NCBI RefSeq assembly: GCF_963921235.1
Contig: NC_086108.1
Coordinates: 13,516,001-13,580,000 of the forward strand
Origin: Mobula hypostoma
Lineage: Eukaryota
Length of the DNA: 64,000 bases
Reading direction: 5' to 3'
In this document: piece by piece, positions 12,230 through 24,299 of the stretch
Position numbering within the stretch: the first letter of the stretch is position 1
Layout: every line of letters starts with the position of its first letter
Notes under the pieces: generated by a model
The model's database searches: none
Told to the model about the DNA's origin: nothing
Seen by the model: the letters and a program-made list of their open reading frames with translations, nothing else
Made by a program: the position numbers and the translations under genes

Positions 12230-13505
12230 TCAGCGAGGTGCATTGAATTGTATCCATTTTAATGCAAGTAGTATCAGCAATAAGTGAGATGAACACATCG
12301 TGGAACAGTCTGTGAAACTACGATGCTGTAGCCATTGCAGAGACTTGGGTGTCAAAAGGGCAAGAATAGCTGCTGAATATCCTGGGGTTTAGATGTTTCA
12401 AAAGGACCGGCAGGGAGGTAAAAGAGGTGGGGGGGAGGAGTGACATCACTAATAAGGGATAGTGTCACAGTTGCAGAAAGGGAAGACGTTGTGGAGGGAT
12501 CATTTACTGGATCAGTGTGGGTGGAATTCAGAAACAGCAATGGAGCAATCACTCTATTTGGTTTATTCTATAGACCCCTGATAGCAATAGAGACACCGAG
12601 GAACAGATTGGGCGGCAGATTTTCGAAAAGTACAAAATTGACAGCGTTGTTGTCATTGGTGACTTTAACTTCCTTAATATTGATTGGCAAAAGTGTTTAG
12701 ATGAGGCAGAACTTGTTCGGTGTGTCCACGAAAGACTCCTGACACAATATGTAGTCAGGCTGACTGGAGGAGAGGTCATACTTTATCTGGTGCTAAGTAA
12801 TGAATCAGGTCAAGACAGTGAGCACAGCTCCCTGAGCTTCAGCATAGCCTTGGAGAGGAAAAGGATCAGATGGCATGGAGAAGTATTTAACTGGAGAGGG
12901 GGAATTACAATGCTCTTCGTCAGGAACTTCGGAACATAAATCAGGACAATGTATAACAGAAATGTGGACGTTACTTAGGGAACACATGCATGGGCTTCTG
13001 GATAGGTCTGTCCCACTGAGGCAGGGAAAAGAAGGGTTTGTGAAAGAACCACGGCTGACAAAAGATGTCTAGTCAAGAGGAAGAAATAAGCTTACTTAAA
13101 TTTTAAGAATCAAGGAACAGACAGGGCTCTAGAAAGTTACAAAGTAGCCAAGGAGTTTAAGAAAGGGCGTATGAGGGCTAGAAGGAGACAGGAGAAGGCC
13201 ATAGTGAGTAGGATTTAGGGAAACCCCAAGACATTCTACGTGTATGTGAAGAAAAGGAGGATGACTAGAGTGAGAGGAGGACTGCTCAGGGATAGAAGGG
13301 TAAACGTGCATGCAGTCAGAGGAAGACAGGAGGCCCTTAATGAATACTTTGCTTCAATATTCACTAGTGAGGGGGATCTTGACAATTGTGCTTATATGCT
13401 AGAACATGCTAAGAAAGAGTACGTGTTGGAGCTTCTGAAAAACATTAGGGTAGGTAAGTTTCAAGGACCTGACAGGATATATCACAGGTTACTACGGGAA
13501 GCATT
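12230..13505 (+). mobile_element. Old CR1 ORF2 5' fragment (endonuclease region)
   Basis: YDAVAIAETW, SVWVEFRN, GDFNF and ALNEYFASIFT remnants. Confidence 0.8.
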
Positions 13506-13695
13506 CTGTATGATTGTTTCTGCATTTTGGTTTCAGAGAAACACTGTTTATTTGACTGTATTGTGACGACAAACCAAGTTATCAGACGATTGATGCTAAT
13601 GAGAGAGATAAGGGAGACAATGGAGAAACGTTCAAAATGTTTATGAGAGAGGAGAGAGAGATAACGGAAAAGACACACAATTCAGAATATTGACA

Positions 13696-13921
13696 CAAAC
13701 AACAGGAATTCTGCAGATGCTGGAAATTCAAGCAACATACATCAAAGTTTCTGGTGAACGCAGCAGGCCAAGCAGCATCTATAGGAAGAGGTGCAGTCGA
13801 CGTTTCAGGCCGAGACCCTTCATCAGGACTACGAAGGGTCTCGGCCTGAAACATCGACTGCACCTCTTCCTATAGATGCTGCTTGGCCTGCTGCGTTCCC
13901 CAGCAACTTTGATGTATGTTG
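13696..13921. mobile_element. Penelope-derived insertion made of two inverted terminal-repeat copies, inside the Gypsy LTR
   Basis: TSD TCAGAATATTGACA at 13682-13695 and 13922-13935. Inverted arms 13733-13823 and 13831-13921. Confidence 0.85.
13795..13830 (-). ncRNA. Minimal type-I hammerhead ribozyme motif (intact core)
   Basis: AGUC-CUGAUGA-AGG(GUCUCGG)CCU-GAAAC-GUC-GACU. Stem I AGUC/GACU, stem II AGG/CCU, GUC cleavage triplet. Confidence 0.7.
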
Positions 13922-14640
13922 TCAGAATATTGACAGACCAGTTGCTTTGAACCTGAACTGTTTGAGGTATGATGGACAGGCGATACCCCAGCAGGAGGAT
14001 AAAAAGAACAGGTTCGCTAAAGTACGGGACACACCACGAGATCACGAGACCCTGGAAGAGCAGTATGCCCCCACAAGTTTGTGGGAGTTTGGAGATCCGG
14101 TTTGCGGGAACCGACCATAGACTCACAGGGTGAAAAGGTACAATCAGTGGGAACCCGGTGTGTGTATCTGCCCTTGCCTGGGTGCCGGGTTCACCACAGA
14201 AGAACGGCCGTATCCGGAACGGAGGGGTCACAGTCGGTGACCACAGTGGCATAGAAGACATAAAAGGGTCCACCCGAAAACTGCAAAGAACATCTAAGGT
14301 CTGCCTGAATCAAATTTGCATCCTCCCCACCCCCCACCCGCCCTCCAACGGCACAACAGCGATTACTGCAAACTGTACTAAGCTGAACTGAACTCTGCGT
14401 CACTTAAGACTGATCATTTTACCCCTAGACTGCGATAGAGCTTGGTTGATTCCTATTACCCTAGTTCTGTGTACATGTGTGTTTTATCATTGCTAACTTG
14501 TTGCATTTATATCCTCACGATTAGAGTACTGTGTTACTTATTTCTTTAATAAAACTTTATTAGCTCCTAGTAATCCGGACTCCAACGAGTGGTCCATTTC
14601 TGCTGGTTTGGCAACCCAGTTACGGGGTACGTAACATAAG

Positions 14641-14659
14641 TGGGGATCTTGTCCGGGAT
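14641..14659 (+). promoter_or_regulatory. Primer-binding site, tRNA-Pro-like
   Basis: TGGGGATCTTGTCCGGGAT versus the canonical tRNA-Pro PBS TGGGGGCTCGTCCGGGAT, 4 nt after the LTR end. Confidence 0.75.
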
Positions 14660-15449
14660 TTTGAGGGCCAAATTTGGGACTGGGTAAGTTGATTGGGTTA
14701 AAATTCCCAAAAGAAAGAAAGGACAAACAGCAGAAATGGAGATTGAGGAATTTCTAAAGGCGCCAACCTTGGAGGCATTAGAGGATGCCAGGAAATCAGA
14801 ATTGGCGACTGTTGCCAAACGGTTGAATCTGTTTAAGGGGAAGTCGACAATGAGGAGAGCGGAGATACACAGAACTATCATTGAGCATTAGGTATTTAAA
14901 GGTGCGTTTCCCCAAGGGGAGCTGGAGGTGGTATCTATGGGCAAACCTGGTGGAGAGGCAGTACAGCTGCAGATGGAAAAATTGAGACTCCAGCATGAGT
15001 TCCGGGTAAAACAGCTGGAACGAGAAGAAAGGGACAGGCAGTTAGAACGGCAAGAGAGAGAGAAACAGTTAGAACGAGAAGAGAGAGCGAAGCAGAATTA
15101 AAAAGGGAGCCAGTGGGCTATTATGTGAAAGAAGGAGTACTAATGAGGAAATGGAGACCAAGTACCGTGCCCGCAGATGAGGACTGGGGGGGGGGGGTGG
15201 GTGCACCAGGTGGATTCCTATTACCCTAGTTCTGTGTACATGTGTGTATTATCATTGCTAACCTGTTGCATTTATATCCTCACTTATTTCTTTAATAAAA
15301 CTTTATTAGCTCCTAGTAATCCAGACTCCAACGAGTGGTCCATTTCTGCTGGTTTGGCAACCCAGTTACGGGGTACATAACAGTATTTATATATATTTAT
15401 GTATGATTGAATGACAATTGAACTTGAACTTTGTTCTCTCCTTGGACAC

Positions 15450-16965
15450 AGGAATTGCGTCAGATGATTGGAGGGTGGCAAATGTAATTCCTTTGCTCAA
15501 GAAAAGGCGCAGGGATAACCCAGGGAATTATAGACCATTGAGTCTTACTTCACTGGTAGTCAGGTTTGCCTTAAAAATTGATCAAGTATTTTGAGGAAGT
15601 GACAAAGGTGCTTGAAGATAAGTCAGGAATGAGATTTTTAACCTGGCTCACAAGATACCCTTCGATGGACATTTTGGGGTGCGGAAGACAGTCGATAGAA
15701 TTATGAAAGAGTTTTACTGGCTGAGCATGAGGGAGGATATTATTGCCTATTGTAGACGTGAGCTAACACAGTTGGAGTCTATTGATATGTTAACAGCTTG
15801 CCACGATAAGCGAGCAGAGCTAGTCGGTGTTATCACGAAAATTAATGAGGCTAGGGTGCCACCTGATAAGGGGAAAACCCATTTTGAAAAGATAAGTATG
15901 GTGCCAACCAGATGGGGGAACTCTATTGTTTTGGCCAGCTTTGCTGATAAGGTCTCTCCCTTAACCCCCGAACAGAGCGAGCTGCTGAGAAAGCTAATTA
16001 ACCGGCACGCACACTTATGTCCGGATGTCCCGAGGCAATGCAAAGAGCCGATACATGATGGTGTTGTTGTCACATCAGGTCAGCCTAGTAAGCAACACCC
16101 CATAGGATGATAAGTCAGTGGACAATAACGACACGGACTTCAGTAAAACATTTTATAATGTCACTCCTGGTAGTTTCTTCTGGAAGATAAATATGCATGA
16201 GATGCAGGGTGAATTGCAAGTTTGGGTTCAAAACTGAATTACCCATAGAAGGCAGTAGAAGTGGAAAGATATCTTCAGGTTGAGAATCAGTGCTGGGACC
16301 TCTTGTTTGTGATATGCAGTAGATGAGTGACTTGAATGAAAATGTAGTTTGGTGGATTAACAAGTTTGTGGATAACACCAAGATTGCTGGAGTAATGGAC
16401 AATTCTTAGACAGATGAGGAGAATAGGTTAAGAAATCGCAGATGGAATACAGTGTCAGAAGTGTATGGTCATGTACTTTGGTAGAACAACTGAAAGGGTT
16501 GACTAATTTCTAAATGGAGAGAAAATACAAAAAGTGAGGTGCAAAGGGACCTATGAGTCCTCGTTCAAGATTCCCTAAAGGTTAATTTGCAGGTTGAGTC
16601 TGTGGTGAGGAAAGCAAATGCAATGTTAACATTTATTTCAAAAGGGCTAGAACATAACAGCAAAGATATAATGTTGAAACTGAGTGAGGCCTCATTTGGA
16701 GTACTGTGAGCAGTTTTGGGACCCTACTCTGAGAAAGAATGGCTGCAACTGAAGAGGATTCAAAGGAGGTTCATGAAAATAATTACAGGATTGAATGGCT
16801 TGTCATGTGAAGAGCATTTGATGGCTCTGGGCCTGTATGCACTAGTATTCAGAGAATGAGAGGTGACCTCACTGAAACCCATTGAATGGTGAAAGGCCTT
16901 GATAGAGTGAATGTGGAGAGGATGTTTCCAATAGTGGGAGAGTCTAAGACCAGAGGACACAGCCA
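15450..16965 (+). mobile_element. Degraded CR1 ORF2 fragments, interrupted at 15627-16108
   Basis: ggataacccagggaattatagacca (DNPGNYRP), ggataacaccaagattgctgg, aggcctcatttggagtactgtgagcag. Confidence 0.75.
15627..16108 (+). mobile_element. Gmr1-like Gypsy pol fragment (integrase Zn-binding region joined to pre-RT region) between 10-bp direct repeats
   Basis: NEIFNLAHKIPFDGHFGVRKTVDRIMKEFYWLSMREDIIAYCRR...LTPEQSELLRKLINRHAHLCPDVPRQ...PSKQHP. GATAAGTCAG at 15617-15626 and 16109-16118. Confidence 0.8.
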
Positions 16966-16971
16966 CAGTCA

Positions 16972-17224
16972 CAGAAATGCTTCCTTCTCTTCTCATTGTT
17001 ACCCATAGGGGTACCTGCAGCTCGTTTTGACATTTTCACAGTGAAATTAAACACGGAGTTAACAATGAACACAAAATGACAGCGAACAGCAAATGCATGT
17101 GTAACCAGTATGAGGCGCTGAGCCACAACTGACATCTAGCTAGTGCTGCCATGTCACACCTGAGTGACGTCAGCTGTTGGCGAAAAAAACTTAGTAGAAT
17201 TTCAGATAAGGGATTGTGGACCTG
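16972..17224 (-). mobile_element. Tigger (pogo-family) transposon 5' end
   Basis: TA|CAGGTCCACAATCCCTTATC terminus on the minus strand, and a MSKRAAGTPMGNNEKRRKHF Tigger-type transposase N-terminus. Confidence 0.7.
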
Positions 17225-17229
17225 TACCC

Positions 17230-20200
17230 TTAATGGTTTTGAACACTTCTATCATGTCTCCTCTCATTCTACATCTACTTAGGCTAAAAAGATTTAATTA
17301 TTTCTATCTTTCTCCAGAGCTCATATCCTGCAGACCTGAAATGAGTCTAGTCACCCTTCTCTGGACTCCCTCCATTGCCTTCAAATCCCTCACACTATAA
17401 GGAGACCAAAATTATTCTAGGTGTGGACTCACAAGTGCATTACATAGCTTAAGGAGAACATCTCTAGACTTGAACTCCACTGAGCGCATTATATGGCCCA
17501 ACATTCTATTGGCCTTCCTAATTGCTACTGTGCATTGCCTAGTTGTTGTTAGTAATGAGTCTACCAGGGAGCCCAAATCCTTCTCAGACAGTGTACCTTC
17601 TAAATCAAGACCGCCCCCCCTTGTTTATTTATATCAAATACTCCTGCTTACTATGTGTAATATTTTACATTTACTTACATTAATTTCATCTGGCATTTAT
17701 CTGCCCACATCTGGACTTTGTTTAGATCTAACTGTATTGATTCTGCTGCCTGAATGTTATCAGCCTGTACCCCTAATTTTGTGTCATTAACACACTTTAC
17801 TAATTTATTTGTTATGCACTTATCCAAATCATTAATGTAAATTAATAACAGCAGCGGCCCCAAAACTGATCCCTGCGGAACCCCACTTTTAACATCTAGG
17901 TGTGAAAATGATCCTCTCACTATAAGTCATTGGTATTTTTTGAGCCAATTCTGCAACCACTTGCACAACTTGCTCCGTATCCCTACCTCCTGTGATTTGA
18001 CTATTAACCTTTTGTGGGGTAAAAACCTTCTGAAAGTCCAAGTAATTGATATCAACTGTTCTATTGTTATAAATTTTAGTTGCCTCTTCACAGAACTCTC
18101 GCATACTAGTAAAACATGATCTCATTCTTTATTATCGTTTCCATTATCTTGCCTGCGATACATGTTGACCTTAGTGGTCTATAGTTACCAGTGTCAGTGT
18201 GGTCCCCTTCTTATAAACTGGGACAACGTTAGCCTTCTAATCCTTAGGGATTTCACTCGTCTTCAATGACTTTTGAAAAATTCATATCAAGGGTTTGTGT
18301 ATATAATCACAGACCTCTTTAGGTACCTTGGGTATATGTTGTCTGGCCCTAGAGATATATTAAATTTCAATCATTTCATCTGAAGCAGGACCTCACTTTC
18401 TAAGATCTCTAAGTCACTTAAAACAGCCTTATTTTTCTCTACACTTCCTGGCATATTGTTAACATCTTCGCAGGTGAATACTTTTTCAAAATATGAGTTA
18501 AGGATATCCACTATGTCCTTCTCTGCATAATTTAACACACCACTATTATTCCTAATACAATTAACTTCCCCCTTGACTTTTCTTTTACTACTAAAGTATT
18601 GAAAAAAAAATCTCTTGGGATCAATCTTAACATTATCAGCAATATCCTTCTCAACCTGCCTTGGCAATCCAAATTTCCCTCTTGATTATAGCTCTCATAT
18701 TTTCATGTGCCCTAAGGTTAACGTCATTGCTATTTTTTTCTGTATTCTTTATATAGCTGTGTTTTCTTCAAGAATTTAAGTGTATTTATATTCATTCACG
18801 TAATTGATCTATTGTTTTTATTGCTTCTCCTGACTTCGGGTTTGAACATTTCCTGAAAAAAACTTCGAAACTAACAATGTTATGATCACTTGTTCCTCAA
18901 GGCCTAACAACTACCATACTCAAAATTCTATCCTGATTGTTATAGAATATCACATCTAGACAGTCCCCACCCCGTTGAAGCATTAACATACTGGATCAAA
19001 AACAATCATTCAATAACTCAATGAGTTAACTTTCCTGTAATCAATTAGTCACTGGATTCTCCCACTGAATATTTGGGAAATTAAAATCACCCATAATTAT
19101 AACATCACCCTTAGAACTTGCTTTTTTAATAGTCTGATAGAGTTGTTCATTAAATTCACTATCAGTATTGGCGGGGGGGGGGGTCCTATAACTAACACAC
19201 AGTGTTATTCCTTTATATTTATAGCTTTCAATTCTCACGCAGATATCTTCACTAAGTTTCGATTCATCATCAGCAGTGTCATGTTTAAATTCTCTCTTAT
19301 GAATGTGGCTACTCCACCAACTTTATGATCTTGCCCATCTTTCCCAAGTAAAGAATGTCCTTTAATACTATATTCATCACCATCATTTGAGCTCAGCCAG
19401 GTTTCAGTTATTGTTATTATAAGACCGTAAGACATAGGAGCAGAATTAGGCCATTCGACCCGACATGTCTGCTCCACCATTCAATCATGGGTGATCCTTT
19501 TCTCCCCTCCTCAGCCCCACTCCCCAGCCTTCTCCCTGTAACCTTTGATGCCGTGTCCAATCTGGAACCTATCAAGTACTGCCTTAAATACACCCAACAA
19601 CCTGGCCTCCACAGCTGCCTGTGGGAATAAATTCCACAAATTCACCACCCTCTGGCTAAAGAAATTTCTCCGCATCTGTTTTAAATGGACACTCCTATAT
19701 CCTGCGGCCTGCCCTCTTACCCTAGATTCCCCCACCATGGGAAACATCCTTTCCACATCTACTCTGTCTAGGCCTTTCAAATTTTGAAAGGTTTCAATTA
19801 GATCCACCTTTATCCTTCTAAATTCCAGCGAGTATAGACCTAGAGCGATCAAACATTCCTTGTATGATAACCATTTAATTCCTTGAATCATCCTTGTGAA
19901 CCTCCTCTGAACCCTCTCCAATGCCAGCACATTTTTTCTTAGATGAAGAGTCCAAATCTGTTCACAATACTCAAGCTGAGCCCTCATCAGTGCCTTATAA
20001 AGCCTCAGCATCAAATCCCTGCTTTTGTATTCTAGACCTCTTGAAATCAATGCCGATATTGCACTTTCCTTCCTCACCACCGACTCTACCTGCAAATTAA
20101 CCTTTAGGGTGTTCTGGACAAGAACTCCCAAGTCCCTTTGCATCTCAGATTTTTGGATTTTCTCCCTGTTTAGAAAATAGTCTGCACATTTATTTCTACT

Positions 20201-22480
20201 ACGAAAGTGCATAACCATTTTCCAACATTGTATTTCATTTACCACACTCTTGCCCATTCTCCTAATCTGTCCAAGTTGTTCTGCAGCCTCCCTATTTCTT
20301 CAACACTACATGCCCCGCCACCAATCTTCATATCATCTGCAAACTTGGCAACAAATCCATCTATTCCATCATCTAAGTCATTGATATACAGCATAAAAGG
20401 AAGCAGGCCCAACACCAATCCCTGCAGAACACCACCAGTCACTGGCTGCCTCCTACCAATCAGCCAATGCTCTAACCATGCCAATAACTTTCCTGTAATA
20501 CCATGGGCTCTTATGTTTAAGCAGCCTCATGTGTGGCACCTTGTCAAAGGCCTTCTGAAAGTCCAAATATACAACATCCCCTGCATCCCCCTTTATCTAT
20601 CCTACTTGTAATCTCCTCAAAGAATTCCAACAGGTTCATCAGGCAAGAATTTCCCTTAAGGAAATCATGCTGACTTTGTACTACCTTGTCCCGAGTAACC
20701 AAGTACTCAATAATCTCATCCTTAACAATTGATTCTTAAATCTTCCCCACCAGAGAGGTCAGGCTAACTGGTCTATAATTTCCTTTCTGCTGCCTTTCTT
20801 CTTTCTTAAAGGGTGGAATGATATTTGCAATTTTCCAGCCTTCTGGCACCTTGCCACAGTCCAATGATTTTTGAAAGATCATTACTAATGCCTCCAAAAT
20901 CTCAACTGCTACCTTAGAACCCTAAGGTGCAGTTCATCTGGTCTTTCAGCTTTTTGAGCACCTTCTTCCTTGTAATAGTAACTGCACTCACTTCTCTTCC
21001 CTCACACCTTTCAACATCTGGCACACTGCTAGTGTCTTCTAAAGTGAAGACTGATGCAAAATACTCATTTAGTTCATTTGTTATCTCCTTAAGCCTAGTT
21101 ATTATTTCTCCGGCCTCATTTTCTAACAGTCCTAGATCCACTCTCATCTTTTTTTTTATATCCTTGAAAAGCTTTTACTATCCACTTTGATATTGTTTGC
21201 TAGCTTGCTTTCATATTTCATCTTTTCCTTCCTAATGATTCTGTAGGGTTTTAAAAGCTTTCCAATCCTCTGTCTTCCCACTAATTTTTGCTTTGTTGTA
21301 TGCCCTCTTTTGCTTTGCTTCCCTTGTCAGCCATGGTTGTACTACTTTGCCATTTGAGTATTTCTTTGTTTTTGGAATACACCTATCCTGCACCTTCTCA
21401 TTTTTCCTAGAAACTCACACCATTGCTGCTCTGTTATCATCCCTGCCAGCATCTCCTTCCAATTTACTTTGGCCAACTCCTCTCTCATACCACCGTAATT
21501 TCCTTTACTAGACATTCTCTGTATCAAATTTCAAGTTGAACTCAATCACATTGTGATCATTGTCTCCCAAGGGTTCTTTTACCTTAAGCTCTCTAATCAC
21601 CTCCAGTTCATTGCATAACACCCAATCCAGTATAGTTGGCTCAATGACAAACTGCTCTAAAAAACCATTTTGTAGGCATTCAAGAAATCCCTTTTGGGAT
21701 TCATTTCCAACCCAGTTTTCCCAATCGACCTGCATGTTGACTATCATACTTATGCATGCTTGCATATAATTCCAGCTCATTTATTTTATTCTTAATACTT
21801 CATACATTTATACAGGGCATCTTTAGTTTATTACTGATGTTTTTATCCTATTCTGACCCATTTTTATATTTTTGAGGCCTATAATCCATTTATGTCCTAA
21901 TATGTTATTCTTCACTAAGGTGTTTAAACAGTTGAGCCTGGCCTGTTCCAAGTACCCTGCCTCCCCCTCACCCCCACCCCCCCATGCCTAGTTGATAAAC
22001 AGTCCTCAACTAACCAAAGCATATACCTGTCCAGTACATTAGTGCCCCCGGTACAGGCTCCATCTACACCAAAAGTGCCCCTATGTCCCATAAACCTATG
22101 CCCATCTAATCTATACCATGATGTGACCCATCTAAATCGCCTCCATCTTACCTGAACTGGCGTGTGGCACAGGCAGAACTTCCGACAAGATCACCTTGTT
22201 AGGTCTGTCTCTAAGCTTCCCACCGAACCTTTAAAATTTGCCTTACAGAACCGACAGTCTGCCCTTACCTATGTCATTTGTTCCAATATGGACAACTACT
22301 GGATTCAACCCAGCTCTGGCTAGAAGCTTATCTACTCGCTCAGGGTGGTCTCCTACTTGTGCTCCTGGTAGGCAACACACTGTACAAGATTTCTTGTCAG
22401 CACACACCTGATTCTCAACCCACCTGATAATGGAGTCCCAGACTATCACGACTTCTTTTTTACACGTCTAGGATTAGAGA
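17230..22480 (-). mobile_element. AT-rich CR1 LINE (ORF1 esterase-like + ORF2), split by a second CR1 at about 19421-21742
   Basis: ORF1 IVWDSIIR...CCLPGA...VVVHIGTNDIG (22243..22449). ORF2 KNKINELELYASMHKYD continues as IITITETWL across the nested insert. GDFNFPNIQW and VKSGVPQGSVLGPLL follow. Confidence 0.85.
19421..21742 (-). mobile_element. Nested CR1 LINE (ORF2, frameshifted)
   Basis: Tail taagaccgtaagacatagg at the left end. KFADDMKIGG and RRFTRMI in ORFs 19511..20257 and 20239..20484. Confidence 0.9.
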
Positions 22481-22544
22481 GGGTACTGTGGAGCTCCTCT
22501 GTCCTGCCTACAACCTCAGAGGTTTCATGGTACTGTCTTGGAAA

Positions 22545-23215
22545 AGCCTGAAAGAGCTCGTAAGGGTGTTACACTTAGCATAAAACCAGACATAATTAAG
22601 TGTTTCGATCGTGGTGAACGAAGTAAGGACAACGTGAATTTGGCTTGTGGAAGCTGACGAAGATGATGTTAAAGAGGTTTTGGCATCCCATGACCAAGAA
22701 CTGATAGATGAAGAGCTGATGCAATTGGAAGAGGAAAGGATAACAATCGAAACCGAATGCAGTAACGAAATGAACGTGAAGCAACTGTGTGAGATTTTCG
22801 CTGCAATGATAAAGTACGATTTTAATTTTGAAAGGGTACTTAGGTTTAGGGGATATTTGCAGGATGGTTTGAGTGCTTACAAAGAACTATATGATAGAAA
22901 AATGCGCGTGGCTCAGCAGTCAAGCAAGCCTTCCACATCAGCCACAGCAGACGATGAACCTCGACTTTCGACATCGAGGCGGGCAGTCATAGGAGAAGAT
23001 GAGCCACCTGCTCTAATGGAAATAGACGATGATGAGATGACACCCCAGTGTCCCACCACCCCAACACTCAGGTCGCCGACCGATACATTGCTACGAAGCA
23101 TGCAGCAGTAGCGGGAAGGCACACAGCACATATTTAAGAAAAAAGCCGAAATAAACAAGCTAATTAATTAGGTGCTGCCAGACATGTAAATGTCGGCTCA
23201 GATCAGAGATCAATG
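22545..23215 (+). mobile_element. Internally deleted Tigger/pogo-type DNA transposon
   Basis: N-terminal CENP-B-like KPERARKGVTLSIKPDIIKCFDRGERSKDNV directly followed by Tigger C-terminal EDDVKEVLASHDQELIDEELMQLEE...YKELYDRK. The DDE domain is absent and termini were not identified. Confidence 0.7.
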
Positions 23216-23587
23216 TCCTCTCAACTATTTCCAAATTTTACTCTCATTTTCTAAATTTAATATATGTCAAAGTACAATATTTTGAGCTAATCTATGATAT
23301 ACATCATGCCAAATCAAATGAAAAAATCCAAAACCTGTCAATTTACTAAAAATTAAAAGCCAAAATTGAGATGCTGAAAGTATTTATTCCCTTTGTTATT
23401 GCTACGTTAACTTTCCACAGGTGCAATACTGTATTGAGTTACTTCAAACTCAACGGCTGTGAAGGCGGATGAAGGCTGCAACAAATCCACCAGCTCCAAT
23501 TATCGTGGTTTCTATGCCATTGGAATCAGTTGGTTGATTTGTGAAGTATTGTGTGCTTCTTCCAGTGCAACATCAAGTAAAAAGTAA

Positions 23588-23900
23588 AGGCATCCGTTAG
23601 TCTTGCAAGACCATGGATCTACACCTGGAAAGTCTTCACTCTCCAGGGCGCAGGCCTGGGCAAGGTTGTATGGAAGACCAGCAGTTGCCTATGCTGCAAG
23701 TCTCCACTCTCTATGACACCAATGTTGTCCAAGGGAAGGGCATTAGGACCCATACAGCTTGGCACCAGCGTCGTCACAGAGCAATGTGTGATTGAGTGCC
23801 TTGCTCAAGGACACAACACACGTTGCCTCGGCTGGCGCTCGAACTCACGACCTTCAGGTCGCTAGTCCAATGCCTTAACCACTTGGCCATGTGCCCACAC
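23588..23900 (-). mobile_element. tRNA-derived SINE
   Basis: Minus-strand head GGGCACATGGCCAAGTGGTTAAGGCATTGGACTAGCGACCTGAAGGTCGTGAGTTCGAGC (A and B boxes), followed by a GTGTCCTTGAGCAAGGCACT body. Confidence 0.75.
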
Positions 23901-24299
23901 AAGTACACGTTAAACAAATACATGCACAGGCGTCTTTGCTTTGTGGGGTCACTTCTTCAGAACAAAGACCATCATCCTCGACCTCAAGGGATAGCCATGA
24001 CGACGATTACCTTACCAACTCACCCAATTTGTTGATGTAGAAATTTGGTGTATCACCTGTTTTCAAATAATTTTTTAATAATAAATGCCCCCTCTCTCTG
24101 CAAGGTCCAATACTATGGCAATTAGTTAATTCACCATGTTTTATCAGAGTTCCCGTAGAGGTGAGAAACCCAAGTAGTTTCCGTTATTGTCCATTGTCAT
24201 GCGCTACTTTCTAAGACACAAGAAGAGTTGGTGTCTTTTTTTTTGTGGTATCACTAGCTGCAAGGATACAGGCTTTTGTTAAGGCAAAAAGGTTCAATG

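Larger units (their letters stand above)
13562..15382 (+). mobile_element. Internally deleted Gypsy (Gmr1-like) LTR retrotransposon with 4-bp TSD GTAT
   Basis: 5' LTR 13562-14636 (TGTGACG...CGTAACA). PBS at 14641. gag start at 14736, MEIEEFLKAPTLEALEDARKSEL...(stop). pol remnant EPVGYYVKEGVLMRKWRP. Partial 3' LTR about 15213-15382. GTAT at 13558-13561 and 15383-15386. Confidence 0.88.

Noticed and set aside
23830..23900. tRNA gene
   Set aside because: A and B boxes are present, but there is no closing acceptor stem or terminator and it runs into a SINE body.
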